From positions 3,224,001 through 3,288,000 of the forward strand of contig JAWMAR010000090.1 of NCBI GenBank assembly GCA_036785375.1: a DNA stretch of 64,000 nt, given 5' to 3'. Made by a program: the position numbers and the translations under genes. The notes under the pieces were generated by a model, which saw only the letters and a list, made by a program, of their open reading frames with translations, made no database searches and was not told the DNA's origin. This stretch comes from Leucoraja ocellata (taxonomy: Eukaryota). The number at the start of each line of letters is the position of its first letter. Position 1 is the stretch's first letter. Positions 63,929 to 64,000 of the stretch are shown one piece after another.

Positions 63929-64000
63929 TGTATTTAAACTATATTTTGGAAACACTTATCAATCAGTTTCCAGTTATTGAAAGAGCCGCAGTAAAAATAT

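Noticed and set aside
1-64000. Prokaryote-type systems (operons, CRISPR-Cas, defence islands)
   Set aside because: The window is vertebrate intronic DNA with spliceosomal signals and vertebrate TEs; there is no gene-dense or bacterial-like segment.

Overview
Eukaryotic (non-prokaryotic) repeat-rich DNA. The repeat content (HE1-type V-SINEs, HER1/CR1-type LINE tails, DeuSINE remnant) points to a cartilaginous fish, probably a skate or ray (inference). The only host protein-coding sequence I can support is the first coding exon of FBXL16 (+ strand; exon 11815-12525, CDS 11827-12525). The next exon is not visible, so the remaining ~51 kb appears to be one intron. The rest is transposon debris: CR1, L2, Rex1/Babar, Tx1 and Penelope-like retroelements, V-SINEs, Harbinger-type MITEs and a hAT remnant, plus two assembly gaps. 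Two self-cleaving RNA candidates stand out. (1) A 54-nt CPEB3/HDV-like ribozyme fold with almost no P4 sits exactly at the 5' end of a 140-bp TSD-flanked retroposon (48405-48544, minus strand). (2) Roughly two dozen copies of a minimal hammerhead motif are carried by Penelope-derived, often palindromic, repeats. Coordinates of degenerate repeats are approximate. Family names come from recognition by eye, not from database searches.
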